Shown: one piece after another, positions 11,185 to 20,482 of the stretch
Numbering within the stretch: position 1 is the first letter of the stretch
Layout: each line of letters opens with the position of its first letter
Position numbers and translations under genes: made by a program
The notes under the pieces: model-generated
Seen by the model: only the letters and a program-made list of their open reading frames with translations
The model's database searches: none
What the model was told of the DNA's origin: nothing
Assembly: GCA_945901855.1 (NCBI GenBank)
Contig: CAMDLT010000020.1
Location: 2,066 to 66,065, forward strand
Length of the DNA stretch: 64,000 bases
Source: Asaia bogorensis
GTDB taxonomy: Bacteria > Pseudomonadota > Alphaproteobacteria > CACIAM-22H2
Reading direction: 5' to 3'

Positions 11185-12356
11185 ACGTAGCCCGTGCTGC
11201 CGTCGGGTTTGGTCGGTACCTTGCGCTCCCAGTGGACATATCCGTCGCTCTTCAGCACATCTTCGTCGATTTCGACGCCCCAGCCCGGCCGCGCGGGCCG
11301 CAATTCCAGGTGACCGTCTTTGGGCAGATACGGATCGCGAACATAGGGCGCGCCCGCGGAAGGATCGGCGACTTTGTCGTAGTTCGAGCCATGCGGCAGG
11401 CGGTATTCCAGAATTTTGAAATTCGGCAAAGCCGCGCAGAAATGCAGGTTGACCGCAGTGGCAAGCGGACCCATCGGATTGTGGGGGGCTACCGTCACGT
11501 AGTGCGCTTCGGCCAGGGCTGCGATCTTGCGCATCTCCGACAAGCCGCCGACCACGCAGATATCGGGCTGCACGATGTCGGCGCCGCGCACCTGCAGCAG
11601 GCGCAGAAACTCGAAGCGATTATAGAGGCATTCGCCCGTGGCAAGCGGGCAATCGAGCCGCGCTTTCAGAGCACCCCATGCGTCGATGTTTTCCGGCCGG
11701 ATCGGTTCCTCGAAAAACAGCGGATCGTAGGGAGCGAGCGCGTTGCCAAGCTGCACGGCCTGGATCGGTTCGAAGATTTTGGCGTGCGCGTCGAACGCTA
11801 TTTCGTAGTCGGCGCGAACGGTCTCGCGCAGTTTCGAGAAATAAGCCGCGCTTTCGCGCACGACATCGCCCCAGCGCTGGCGGTGAATGTCGCCGCGATA
11901 GGGGCTGAGCTTGAATGCGGTGAGCCCCCAATCGCCGGCAAGCTGGTCGAACGTGTCGCGCGCGATCAGCGGGTCCGGGGCGGTATAGACCCCCGCATAG
12001 ACGCGTACGCGGTCGCGGACATGGCCGCCCAGCAGCTGGTAGACGGGCACACCCAGCGCCTTGGCCGAAACATCCCACAAGCAATGATCGATCGCCGAAA
12101 TCGCCGCCAGGCCCAAGGCGCCGGGCGGAAACCGGCTCTGTTGCAACAAATAGAGGTTCAGATACTCGATACGTCGCGGGTCTTGGCCCGCCAAAAAGAG
12201 CGCCAGATACTCAAGCAGCGGGATCAAGGCGCGATCGGGGCCGTGATTGTAGCACTCCCCCCATCCGGTGATGCCCTCGTCGGTGTCGATCGCAACCAGT
12301 ACGCGCGGCCGATCCTTGTCGCGTGTCATGAAGGCCCTGAGGCGTTGAATTTTCAT
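11181..12356 (-). CDS. Enolase-superfamily dehydratase (galactonate-dehydratase DgoD-like)
   Basis: 391 aa starting MKIQRLRAFMTRDKD.... It is the C-terminal half of the 821-aa tool ORF; everything upstream of the internal ATG is antisense to pcaB. Motifs CLWDVSAKALGVPVYQLLGG and EEPIRPENID. Confidence 0.7.
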   Translation of the reverse strand: MKIQRLRAFMTRDKDRPRVLVAIDTDEGITGWGECYNHGPDRALIPLLEYLALFLAGQDPRRIEYLNLYLLQQSRFPPGALGLAAISAIDHCLWDVSAKALGVPVYQLLGGHVRDRVRVYAGVYTAPDPLIARDTFDQLAGDWGLTAFKLSPYRGDIHRQRWGDVVRESAAYFSKLRETVRADYEIAFDAHAKIFEPIQAVQLGNALAPYDPLFFEEPIRPENIDAWGALKARLDCPLATGECLYNRFEFLRLLQVRGADIVQPDICVVGGLSEMRKIAALAEAHYVTVAPHNPMGPLATAVNLHFCAALPNFKILEYRLPHGSNYDKVADPSAGAPYVRDPYLPKDGHLELRPARPGWGVEIDEDVLKSDGYVHWERKVPTKPDGSTGYV

Positions 12357-12431
12357 AAATCGATTTTGCACCGCGCGCGGGCGGAAGGCAACTTCCCGCG
12401 CGCACAGGAACGGGATAATCTTTCTGCAGTC

Positions 12432-13796
12432 ATGCCGTTCTCGCCGCTCGATTCCCAGATCTTTGGCCCGCTTTTTGTGCCCGATGCGATGGTTGCCGTT
12501 TTCGGCGACGACGCTTTGCTGGCAGCGATGCTGCGCGCCGAAGCCGCGCTGGCAAAATGCCAGGCGCGTTTGGGACTTGTCCCGCCAAGTTTGGCAACCG
12601 CGATCGAGGCAATCGCGCCCGCCGCCTTTGACAAGGCGGCGCTGGGGGCCGCGACGGCGCTGGCGGGTGTGCCGACAATCCCCTTCGTGAAGGCGCTGCA
12701 AAAACTGCTGCCTGCCGACCTCGAACCCCATCTTCATCTTGGCGCAACTTCGCAGGACATTCTCGATACCGGCCTTGCGCTGCAGATGACGGTTGCGTTC
12801 GATCTGCTGGCGGCCGATCTGGCGGATTTGCTTGCGGCACTCGTGCGCCGCGCGCGCCGCCATGCGGATATGCCGTGCATCGCGCGCACCTACGGCCAAC
12901 ACGCCGCGCCGATCTCGTTCGGCTTCAAGGTTGCCGTGTGGCTCGACGGCATTTGCGATGCAGCCGCCGAGCTTGCGCATCGCCGCGAGATCACGTGCCG
13001 AGCTCAGCTCGGCGGGCCGGTCGGCACGCTTGCGGCTTTTGGCGACAAAGGTCCTGCGCTGTTGGCCGACTTCGCGGCCGAGCTTGGACTTGGCGTGCCG
13101 ACGATCGCGTGGCACGCCAGCCGCGTCAATTTGGTCGGGACCGCCCAGTGGCTTGCAGTTCTCGCGGGCACATGCGCCAAAATGGCGGGCGATGTCGTGG
13201 CGCTCGCCTCGAGCGAGGTCGGCGAGGCAAGTGAACCGCATGTGCCTGGGCGTGGCGGATCGTCGGCGATGCCGCACAAGCGCAACCCGATCGCTGCCGT
13301 TGCTATTTTGGCGAATGCGCAGGCGGCCGCTGGACTGGCTGCGGGATTGAGCGGCAGCTTGGTCGCGGCGCACGAGCGTCCGGCAGGCGCGTGGCATGCT
13401 GAGTGGCATGCGATCGCATCGCTTTTCGGGTGCGCTGCGGGTGCGCTTGCGCATGCGCGCGCGCTGGCCGAAGGGCTTGCCATCGATCCAGCAGCGATGG
13501 CCCGCAATGTGGATCTGACGCGCGGGCTCGTTTATGCCGACGCGGCAGCCGCGGCGCTGGCGCCGACGCTCGGTCGCAGCGCCGCACATGCTTGCGTCGA
13601 AGCAGCGGCAGACAGCGTTCGGCGGACGGGCACGACGCTGCAGCACGCATTGGCAGCCTCCCAGACGGTGCTTTCGTCCGCGGAACTTGCCGCGATTTTC
13701 GATCCGTCGGCAGCGGTAGCTGCTGCTGCCCGTTGGGTCGAGCCAGTCGCACGACGCGCTGATGCGCTTGCAGCCCGGCTGTGCGTGCGGGCATAG
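12432..13796 (+). CDS. pcaB: 3-carboxy-cis,cis-muconate cycloisomerase
   Basis: 454 aa from internal ATG (MPFSPLDSQIFGPLF...). Fumarase/aspartase class II signature GSSAMPHKRNP. The 5' part of tool ORF 10524.. is read-through. Confidence 0.85.
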   Translation: MPFSPLDSQIFGPLFVPDAMVAVFGDDALLAAMLRAEAALAKCQARLGLVPPSLATAIEAIAPAAFDKAALGAATALAGVPTIPFVKALQKLLPADLEPHLHLGATSQDILDTGLALQMTVAFDLLAADLADLLAALVRRARRHADMPCIARTYGQHAAPISFGFKVAVWLDGICDAAAELAHRREITCRAQLGGPVGTLAAFGDKGPALLADFAAELGLGVPTIAWHASRVNLVGTAQWLAVLAGTCAKMAGDVVALASSEVGEASEPHVPGRGGSSAMPHKRNPIAAVAILANAQAAAGLAAGLSGSLVAAHERPAGAWHAEWHAIASLFGCAAGALAHARALAEGLAIDPAAMARNVDLTRGLVYADAAAAALAPTLGRSAAHACVEAAADSVRRTGTTLQHALAASQTVLSSAELAAIFDPSAAVAAAARWVEPVARRADALAARLCVRA

Positions 13797-13804
13797 TGCA
13801 AGCC

Positions 13805-14959
13805 ATGCCGATCTTGAAAATCGTCGCGCGTGAAATGTTTTACGACCTGACAGGTCCCGCTCAAGCGCCTGTCATTTTGTTTTCCAACTCTTTGGGCGCT
13901 ACCGTCGAAATGTGGGATGGGGTGGTTCGCCTCCTGGCGCCATTTTATCGCTGCCTGCGTTACGACACGCGCGGTCACGGGCGCTCGCCTGTGCAGCCGG
14001 GGGCTGCGACCATCGCCGATCTTGCCGACGATGTCATAGAACTGCTGGATGCGCTTGGAATCGACCGGGCGCATGTCGTCGGGCTGTCGATGGGCGGCAT
14101 GATCGCGCAATCGCTTGCCGGGCGTTATCCTGCGCGCGTCGATCATGTAGCGTTGCTGGCGACTGCGCCTTCGTTGCCGCCACCGGAGAATTGGTTCGCC
14201 CGCGCGCAGACGGTACGGGCGCAGGGTATTGGCGCCATTGTCGACGCCACGATGCTGCGCTGGTTTTCGCCAGATGCGGACCCGGCACTTGTTGCGATAT
14301 CGGCCGCACAATTCTCAAAAATCGACGGCGAGGGGTACGCGATCGCTTGCGAGGCGATTGCGCGCCTCGATCTGCATGCCAATTTGCCGGCCATCAAGGC
14401 GCCGACGCTTGTTGTGGCAGCGTCGTCCGATCCCGTCACGACCGTCGCGATGGGCCGGGAGATGGCAGCTTCGATTTCCAGTGCACGATTTGCCGAAATC
14501 GACAATGCCGCGCATCTTTTTGCGATCGAGCGGCCAGACGAGACGGCTGCAGTATTGCGCGAATTTCTGCCCGCCGCATCGCGCGCGGAAGATTCCGATT
14601 ACGCCGAAGGCCTTGCCAATCGCAAGGCCGTGCTGGGCGTCGATCACGTGCAACGCTCGCTCCAAAAAGCGGGCGCATTTGGCCAGCCCTGGCAGGAATT
14701 CATCACGCGTCTTGCATGGGGCGAAACTTGGGGCGATGCGACGTTACCGTTCAAAACGCGCTCGCTCGTCACGCTGGCGATGATGATCGCGCTCGGCCGC
14801 GAGGCCGAGTTCAAGCTGCATCTGCGCCCGGCGCTCAAAAATGGCGTAACGCCTGCGGAATTGCGCGCCTTGATGATGCATGCGGCCGTCTATGCGGGCG
14901 TGCCGGCCGTCAACGGTGCGTTTGCGGCCGTGCGCGAAGAATTGGGCGATCTCGTATGA
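13805..14959 (+). CDS. pcaL: Bifunctional 3-oxoadipate enol-lactonase / 4-carboxymuconolactone decarboxylase (PcaD-PcaC fusion)
   Basis: About 384 aa. N-terminal alpha/beta-hydrolase (VILFSNSLGATVEMWDGV..., GLSMGG) joined to a C-terminal carboxymuconolactone-decarboxylase domain (WGETWGD...LRALMMHAAVYAGVPA). Confidence 0.8.
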   Translation: MPILKIVAREMFYDLTGPAQAPVILFSNSLGATVEMWDGVVRLLAPFYRCLRYDTRGHGRSPVQPGAATIADLADDVIELLDALGIDRAHVVGLSMGGMIAQSLAGRYPARVDHVALLATAPSLPPPENWFARAQTVRAQGIGAIVDATMLRWFSPDADPALVAISAAQFSKIDGEGYAIACEAIARLDLHANLPAIKAPTLVVAASSDPVTTVAMGREMAASISSARFAEIDNAAHLFAIERPDETAAVLREFLPAASRAEDSDYAEGLANRKAVLGVDHVQRSLQKAGAFGQPWQEFITRLAWGETWGDATLPFKTRSLVTLAMMIALGREAEFKLHLRPALKNGVTPAELRALMMHAAVYAGVPAVNGAFAAVREELGDLV

Positions 14960-16143
14960 GCGTCCAACGCACCCAGGTCGGCATTGTCGGTGCCGGGCCT
15001 GCCGGCTTGCTGCTGTCGCATCTGCTGCATTTGAACGGGATCGCTTCGGTCGTGCTCGAAGACCGGTCGCGTAAATATGCCGAAGAACGCATCCGCGCGG
15101 GCGTGATCGAACAGGGTGTTGCCGATCTACTGGTCGATGCGGGCATCGGTGCGCGCCTGCAGCGCGAGGGGCTGCGCCATACTGGCGTCAAACTTCACTT
15201 CAAGGGTGCAAGCCACCGCATCGATCTGGCCGATCTGACGGGCGGCAAGGCGGTTACGGTCTATGGCCAGCACGAAGTCGTCAAAGACCTGATTGCGGCG
15301 CGCCTCGCAGTCGGCGGCGAAATCCGCTTCGAGGCCAAGGTGACGGCCGTGCGGGAATTTAAAACCGACGCGCCGCAGATCGACTATGTCGAAAACGGTA
15401 CCGCCCAAACGCTGCTTTGCGACTATGTCGCGGGCTGCGACGGTTTTCATGGGCTGTGCCGTCCGGCCGTGCCTGCGGGCGAGTTGCAATTCTTCGATCG
15501 GCAATATCCGTTCGGATGGCTGGGGATTCTGGCCAAAGTGCGGCCTGCGTCCGAGGAACTGGTTTATGCCCGCCACGAAGACGGCTTTGCGCTGCTCTCG
15601 ATGCGATCGAGCGAGATCAGTCGGCTCTATCTGCAGTGCGAACCCGACGACGAAATTGCCAACTGGCCCGAAGCGCGTATCTGGAGCGAGTTGCACCGGC
15701 GCTTGGGAAATGCGGGCGAGCACGCATTGGCGGAGGGGCCGACGCTGCAAAAAGGCATTACGGCGATGCGAAGCTTCGTGACCGAACCGATGCAAAGCGG
15801 GCGTCTGTTCCTGGCCGGCGATGCGGCCCATATCGTGCCGCCGACCGGTGCCAAAGGCATGAATCTGGCGATTTCCGACGTGCGCTTGTTGGCACGCGCG
15901 ATCGAAACGCATGCCAAACGGGGCGATGCGCAACGCCTCGAAGCCTATTCGCAGACGGCGTTGCGGCGTATCTGGAAAGCGCAGCGTTTTTCGTGGTGGA
16001 TGACGTCGCTCTTGCACAAATTCGGCGACGAGACCCCGTTCGACGAACGCCGTCAGTTTGCCGATCTCGACTATCTGGTGGCATCGAAAGCAGCTTTGAC
16101 CAGTTTGGCTGAAAATTATGTCGGTTTGCCTTTCGACGATTGA
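14956..16143 (+). CDS. pobA: 4-hydroxybenzoate 3-monooxygenase
   Basis: 395 aa. FAD dinucleotide fold GIVGAGPAGL and PobA-typical blocks (LLCDYVAGCDGFHG, RLFLAGDAAHIVPPTGAKGMNLA). ATGA overlap with the pcaL stop. Confidence 0.85.
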   Translation: MSVQRTQVGIVGAGPAGLLLSHLLHLNGIASVVLEDRSRKYAEERIRAGVIEQGVADLLVDAGIGARLQREGLRHTGVKLHFKGASHRIDLADLTGGKAVTVYGQHEVVKDLIAARLAVGGEIRFEAKVTAVREFKTDAPQIDYVENGTAQTLLCDYVAGCDGFHGLCRPAVPAGELQFFDRQYPFGWLGILAKVRPASEELVYARHEDGFALLSMRSSEISRLYLQCEPDDEIANWPEARIWSELHRRLGNAGEHALAEGPTLQKGITAMRSFVTEPMQSGRLFLAGDAAHIVPPTGAKGMNLAISDVRLLARAIETHAKRGDAQRLEAYSQTALRRIWKAQRFSWWMTSLLHKFGDETPFDERRQFADLDYLVASKAALTSLAENYVGLPFDD

Positions 16144-16165
16144 GCGTCTGCTAGTAGGGGCGGCC

Positions 16166-16996
16166 ATGTGCATGCTTGCGGCGGGGGCGCACGCAAGCGA
16201 GATCACGGTCGATGTCCAATACGAAAGCGCGGCGCTCAAGCGCACGGCACAGTATTCGGTGGTACGGCCGGACAGCTCGAGCGACCCGCTGCCGGTCGTC
16301 TATCTTCTGCACGGACGCGACAGTTCCGCTGCCGAGTGGCTGCGATTGGGCAATGTTGCCGCCACGTTGGACCGGCTGATTGCCGAGCGCCGCATTCCCC
16401 CGCTGATGGTGGTGCTGCCCGATGCGGGCAATGGTTGGTATGTCGACGGCCCTGCGATGGCGATGGAGACGGCCGTTGTGCGCGATCTGGTCGCCGACGT
16501 CGAGCATCGCTACCGTGTGCGAGCGGACCGCGCTGGACGCGCGATCGCTGGCAATTCGATGGGCGGGTTCGGGGCCGTGCGCATCGCCCTTGGTTATCCC
16601 GAGCGCTATGCGGCTGCCGCATCGATGAGCGGCGCCTTCTGGATCCGAATCACGCGCGAAATGGCGATCGACGAGGCGATGGCGGGGCGCTTGACGCGCG
16701 TGTTTTCGGAATCGTTCGGCCAGCCCTTCGATCCGAACTTCTTCGTGTCGCAGTCGCCCGAAGAAATGGCACGAAAGAAGCCGCCGGACGCGCCGCATCC
16801 CGCGCTTTACCTGACCGCGAGCCGCGGCGACCGATTTCGTCTCAACGAAGAGCAGGATACGATGGCGGCCTTGCTGCGCAACCACGGGATCAAGGTTGCC
16901 ACCGAGACAACCGAAGGCGACCACGACTGGGGCACCTGGGCGGCGGCGCTGCCAGACGTGCTTGCATTTTTGGGGCGCAGCTTGGCGTCCAAATAG
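16166..16996 (+). CDS. Secreted esterase (putative esterase family, Pfam PF00756)
   Basis: Signal peptide MCMLAAGAHASE, GNSMGG nucleophile elbow and YLLHGRD..AAEW block. Start moved from 16118 to an internal ATG to limit overlap with pobA; start is uncertain. Confidence 0.6.
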   Translation: MCMLAAGAHASEITVDVQYESAALKRTAQYSVVRPDSSSDPLPVVYLLHGRDSSAAEWLRLGNVAATLDRLIAERRIPPLMVVLPDAGNGWYVDGPAMAMETAVVRDLVADVEHRYRVRADRAGRAIAGNSMGGFGAVRIALGYPERYAAAASMSGAFWIRITREMAIDEAMAGRLTRVFSESFGQPFDPNFFVSQSPEEMARKKPPDAPHPALYLTASRGDRFRLNEEQDTMAALLRNHGIKVATETTEGDHDWGTWAAALPDVLAFLGRSLASK

Positions 16997-17006
16997 CCCA
17001 ATCGGC

Positions 17007-17759
17007 TCAGTAAGTGCTGCGTCCGCCGGTGATGTCGAATACGCCCCCGGTCGTGAACGAGCAGTCGGCCGAGGCGAGCCACGCGACGAGGGCCGCGATC
17101 TCGTCGATTTTAACGAAGCGGCCCATCGGTATTTTGCCGAGCATGAAGGCGACGTGGGCCTCGCTCATTTGCTTCAGAATGTCGGTGTCGGCAACGGCAG
17201 GCGTCACGCAATTGACCAGCACGTTCGATTTTGCGAGCTCCTTGCCCAACGACTTGGTCAGCGCAATCAGACCCGCTTTGGCAGCCGAATAGGCGGGCGC
17301 GTTGGGGTTACCCTCTTTGCCAGCCACGGACGCGACATTGACGATGCGCCCGTAGCCGCCTTTGAGCATCGTGGGCACGACGGCGCGGCTGCACAAAAAC
17401 GGTCCGTTGAGATCGACATCGATAACGCGCTTCCAGTCCGCAACCGGGTACTCCCACGTCGTCGCATTGGGCCCGGTGATGCCCGCGTTGTTGACCAAAA
17501 TATCGATGCCGCCCATCGTCCCCAGCGTTGCCGAAACGCCGGTCGCGACATTGTTTTCGTCGGTCACATCGACGGCGACGCCGTGGACGCGCTTGCCCGC
17601 TGCAAGGCGTTTGGTGGCCGCATCGATCGCGCCTGGATCGCGGTCCCAGAGGGAGACTTCGGCGCCCGAGGCCAAAAATCGTTCGGCGACGGCAAGACCG
17701 ATGCCGCGTGCCGCGCCCGTAATGACGGCACGTTTTCCCTCAAGATCGATCTTGTTCAT
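17007..17759 (-). CDS. Short-chain dehydrogenase/reductase (SDR)
   Basis: About 250 aa from MNKIDLEGKRAVITGAARGIG. TGxxxGIG Rossmann motif, NNAG, YSAAK catalytic motif. Confidence 0.8.
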   Translation of the reverse strand: MNKIDLEGKRAVITGAARGIGLAVAERFLASGAEVSLWDRDPGAIDAATKRLAAGKRVHGVAVDVTDENNVATGVSATLGTMGGIDILVNNAGITGPNATTWEYPVADWKRVIDVDLNGPFLCSRAVVPTMLKGGYGRIVNVASVAGKEGNPNAPAYSAAKAGLIALTKSLGKELAKSNVLVNCVTPAVADTDILKQMSEAHVAFMLGKIPMGRFVKIDEIAALVAWLASADCSFTTGGVFDITGGRSTY

Positions 17760-18040
17760 GGCCCGCCCCTCCCGCTTGTTATATGTGGTGCCCCACTGAA
17801 GCAGGCGAGGGCATTGGCGCCAAGCGAAAAAGCACAACGATCTGTTTTGGCGGCTTGGATATCGGTTGCTAGGATCCGCGGGCTTGCCCCCGCGAAGGCG
17901 GGTGGTCGACGGTCGAGAAGAGCTTGTAAGGACCCTTGAGGTTCGGCACGTGCAGTTTGAAGCAGGGTTCGTGCGTTGTCGCTAAAGTGCGTTACGGCGC
18001 CGCCCAGCGCGATGGTATGCGGCGATTGAGGTGTGGGGCT

Positions 18041-19030
18041 CTATGTGTCCTTCGCAAAGTCCTTGCAGCCGGGATCAAAGTCATTCGCCTTATGCGGCCA
18101 GATCCGGTCGCTAGGTTTGTGTTTCTGCGGTGGGCGGTCGAGACCGTCGAAAAAAACCAAACCTGTCTGCGCCTCGATCCAGGCAACGCTTTCCAGGAAC
18201 CGCTCGGGGTTCTGCGCGCGTTTGGGATCGAGATAGCTATTGTCTTTTTGCGGAAATACAAAGGCGAGCGCTTGGTGGCTATTGCCGTCGTACCGCACGA
18301 CGACCTTGAACAGATAGTCGGGGATGGCGACAAGTGGCTGGCGCGCGCGTCCTTCGGCGGCGGTGCCGTTGTCCGCCCGATCGATCGGCGCAGCAAGTCG
18401 TTCGCGTGGAGCCCGGTTCGAAAAAATTGGTCCTGCGATCACCCAGAGATCGCCCGACTGGTTGGCCCAAGCTCCCGTCCGGCACTCGAGATCGAGCCAG
18501 CCGATACGATTGAACCGGCGACGTTGCGGAACCGCATTCACCGTATTATGCGTGAATTCGGCCGGTTCGGCGCCGGTCCGTTCGATTAGATTCTTGGCCG
18601 CCAGATGGCCGCGTTCGTACCAATCCGCGCGCGCGTGCGCGGCTTCGTCCTTGTCGGTGCGATAGCTGCCATGCGTCGCTGCCAAGCCCTCGCGGTAGAG
18701 CGTTTCGACGGTGTACCAATTGCGCGGGCGCTGATTGCCCAGGACGTGGTTCTCGTTCGAGGCGACGATACGGTGGGCAACAAAGGTTGGGATACGCCAC
18801 GGCTCTCCCGCAGGCGGCGCGCTTTTGAGGCTGACGACAAACGAGTCAAAACAGATTTGGATGTCGTAGGGCGCCACAAGTTTTGGATTATGGCTTTCGG
18901 GGTCCGCTGTATTGCAGTCACGCACGCCCGCTTTTTGATCGGCTTCGGCTGGTTTGAACACCCGCGTCTGGGCTTGGCCAGCCGACACCGCCCAGAAAAG
19001 AACCAGGGCTAAGCATAATTTCGAAACCAT
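18041..19030 (-). CDS. Secreted DNA/RNA non-specific endonuclease (Serratia NucA family, Endonuclease_NS)
   Basis: 329 aa. Signal peptide MVSKLCLALVLFWAVSAGQA and the (D)RGH active-site motif in YERGHLAAKNL. Lower GC than the flanks, and followed upstream by a strongly AT-rich region. Confidence 0.7.
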   Translation of the reverse strand: MVSKLCLALVLFWAVSAGQAQTRVFKPAEADQKAGVRDCNTADPESHNPKLVAPYDIQICFDSFVVSLKSAPPAGEPWRIPTFVAHRIVASNENHVLGNQRPRNWYTVETLYREGLAATHGSYRTDKDEAAHARADWYERGHLAAKNLIERTGAEPAEFTHNTVNAVPQRRRFNRIGWLDLECRTGAWANQSGDLWVIAGPIFSNRAPRERLAAPIDRADNGTAAEGRARQPLVAIPDYLFKVVVRYDGNSHQALAFVFPQKDNSYLDPKRAQNPERFLESVAWIEAQTGLVFFDGLDRPPQKHKPSDRIWPHKANDFDPGCKDFAKDT

Positions 19031-19093
19031 AAATAAATAAAAACATACTTTTTTTAGATAGTCAAATTACGCGATTTATTATATCATTTTTCA

Positions 19094-19130
19094 ATAAAAA
19101 AGGGCACGACGCTCGCTGCGACCGTGCCCT
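19094..19130 (-). terminator. Intrinsic terminator downstream of fccB
   Basis: In minus-strand sense: GGGCACGgtcgcagcgagcgtCGTGCCC followed by TTTTTT. Confidence 0.6.
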
Positions 19131-19163
19131 TTATCTCGGGATAATCGGGATCTGAGGGTTGGG

Positions 19164-20468
19164 TTAGCTGCCCCAAGTCTCGGCGGTCGTCGAGGCGTAC
19201 CAGCCTTCGGCATAGTGGGCTTCCTGCAAGCGGAACTGTACGGCATTGGCGGGCGCACGCGGGCTCACGCCGCCGGCCCCTTGCACAGCGACGATGCCTT
19301 GGATTGTTGGACGATATACGTCTGCAACCGAAATTCCATAGTCCGGCGCGATCAGCGAGTAGCAGGTATTGGCAAAAACAGCTCCCGGCGTCGGCTGGCC
19401 GTTGAGAGCGGCGGCGATCGCTTTGGCGACGAACTTGCCTTGGCTGGAGGCGGCAAAACCGGATTTGGGCATCGCGCCTGCGATCGCCGCATCGCCGATG
19501 ACGTACACGTCTTTGGCGCGTGTCGATTCGAACGTGAAAGGATCGACCGGGCACCAGCCGGCCATTGCGCCCTCGGTGGCAGCGAGCCCAGCATCGCGCG
19601 CGATGCTGCCCGCATATTGCGGCGGTACGATATTGGCGACCGACGCCTTGTGAACCTCGCCGAACTCGGAGGTTAGCGTGAGTTCGGCGGGATCGACGCG
19701 CACGACCTTGCCGTCTTTGCCAAGCGGAACCCATTCGATCATGGCGCCGTATTGGCTTTGCCAGCCGTCCTGGAACAGGCCCTGTTTGGAGAACGCGTCC
19801 TTGGAGTCGAGCGCCAGGATCTTGGAGCGCGGTTTATTTTGTTTCAGATAGTGCGCCACCATCGCGATGCGCTCGTAAGGGCCGGGCGGGCACCTGAACG
19901 GGTTGTTGGGAATCGACATCACGAATGTGCCGCCGTCGGGCATCGCTTCCAACTGGCGACGCAGCAGCACGGTTTGGGTACCTGCCTGCCAGGCGTGTGG
20001 CATGCGCTCAACTGCGGATTGCGTGTACCCTTCGAGGGCACCGAAGCGGATATCGATGCCCGGCGAAAGTACGAGCCGGTCGTAGCGCACGACATTGCCG
20101 CCGCTGGTACGGACGGTTTTCGCGCTCGTATCGATAGCGACCGCGCTTTCGCGGATATGGCGCACGCCATGTTTGCCCGTCAGGGCCGCATAATTGTGCG
20201 TGATATCGGTCATCTGTTTGAAGCCCGATAGCACATAGTTGGAAAATGGGCAGGTCTGGAACTCTGATTTGGGCTCGATCAAGGTAACGGAGAGGCTTGG
20301 GTCTTCGAGGCGCAAAAATTTAGCGGTCGTGGCTCCGCCAAAGCCGCCGCCGACGACAACAACGCGCGCTTTGCCTGCCGGCTCCGATTGGATGGCGCAG
20401 GCCGACAGAGCCGTCGTGGCGAGTACGGAACCTGCAAAGGCGCGACGCGAGAGCATTAATTTGGCCAT
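19164..20468 (-). CDS. fccB: Flavocytochrome c sulfide dehydrogenase, flavoprotein subunit
   Basis: About 434 aa from MAKLMLSRRAFAGSVLATTALSACA (Tat signal). FAD fold VVVVGGGFGG, overall FccB/SoxF architecture, and a GGAGA ribosome-binding site 7 nt upstream. Confidence 0.8.
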   Translation of the reverse strand: MAKLMLSRRAFAGSVLATTALSACAIQSEPAGKARVVVVGGGFGGATTAKFLRLEDPSLSVTLIEPKSEFQTCPFSNYVLSGFKQMTDITHNYAALTGKHGVRHIRESAVAIDTSAKTVRTSGGNVVRYDRLVLSPGIDIRFGALEGYTQSAVERMPHAWQAGTQTVLLRRQLEAMPDGGTFVMSIPNNPFRCPPGPYERIAMVAHYLKQNKPRSKILALDSKDAFSKQGLFQDGWQSQYGAMIEWVPLGKDGKVVRVDPAELTLTSEFGEVHKASVANIVPPQYAGSIARDAGLAATEGAMAGWCPVDPFTFESTRAKDVYVIGDAAIAGAMPKSGFAASSQGKFVAKAIAAALNGQPTPGAVFANTCYSLIAPDYGISVADVYRPTIQGIVAVQGAGGVSPRAPANAVQFRLQEAHYAEGWYASTTAETWGS

Positions 20469-20482
20469 TTGATTGTCTCCCC

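Noticed and set aside
10524-13796. 1090-aa ORF on the + strand and the overlapping 821-aa ORF (11181..13646) on the minus strand
   Set aside because: - Both are read-through artefacts of high-GC DNA.
- Only the C-terminal 454 aa of the + ORF (pcaB, with the GSSAMPHKRNP signature) is homologous to a real protein.
- Only the C-terminal 391 aa of the minus ORF (DgoD-like enolase) is homologous to a real protein.
- The remaining parts are mutually antisense and low-complexity (Arg/Ala/Pro-rich).
17760-18040. 280-bp intergenic region checked for a tRNA or small RNA gene, and a GC-rich stem (CCGCGGG-N6-CCCGCGG) checked as a terminator
   Set aside because: - No cloverleaf-compatible segments or T-loop consensus (GTTCGAATC-like) are present.
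- The stem lacks a flanking U-tract on either strand and sits upstream of the SDR promoter rather than at a gene end.
19031-19100. AT-rich 70-bp stretch as an IS, integration-site or att remnant
   Set aside because: - There are no flanking inverted or direct repeats and no transposase or integrase anywhere in the window.
- It is more simply the promoter/UP region of the nuclease gene plus the A-tract of the fccB terminator.
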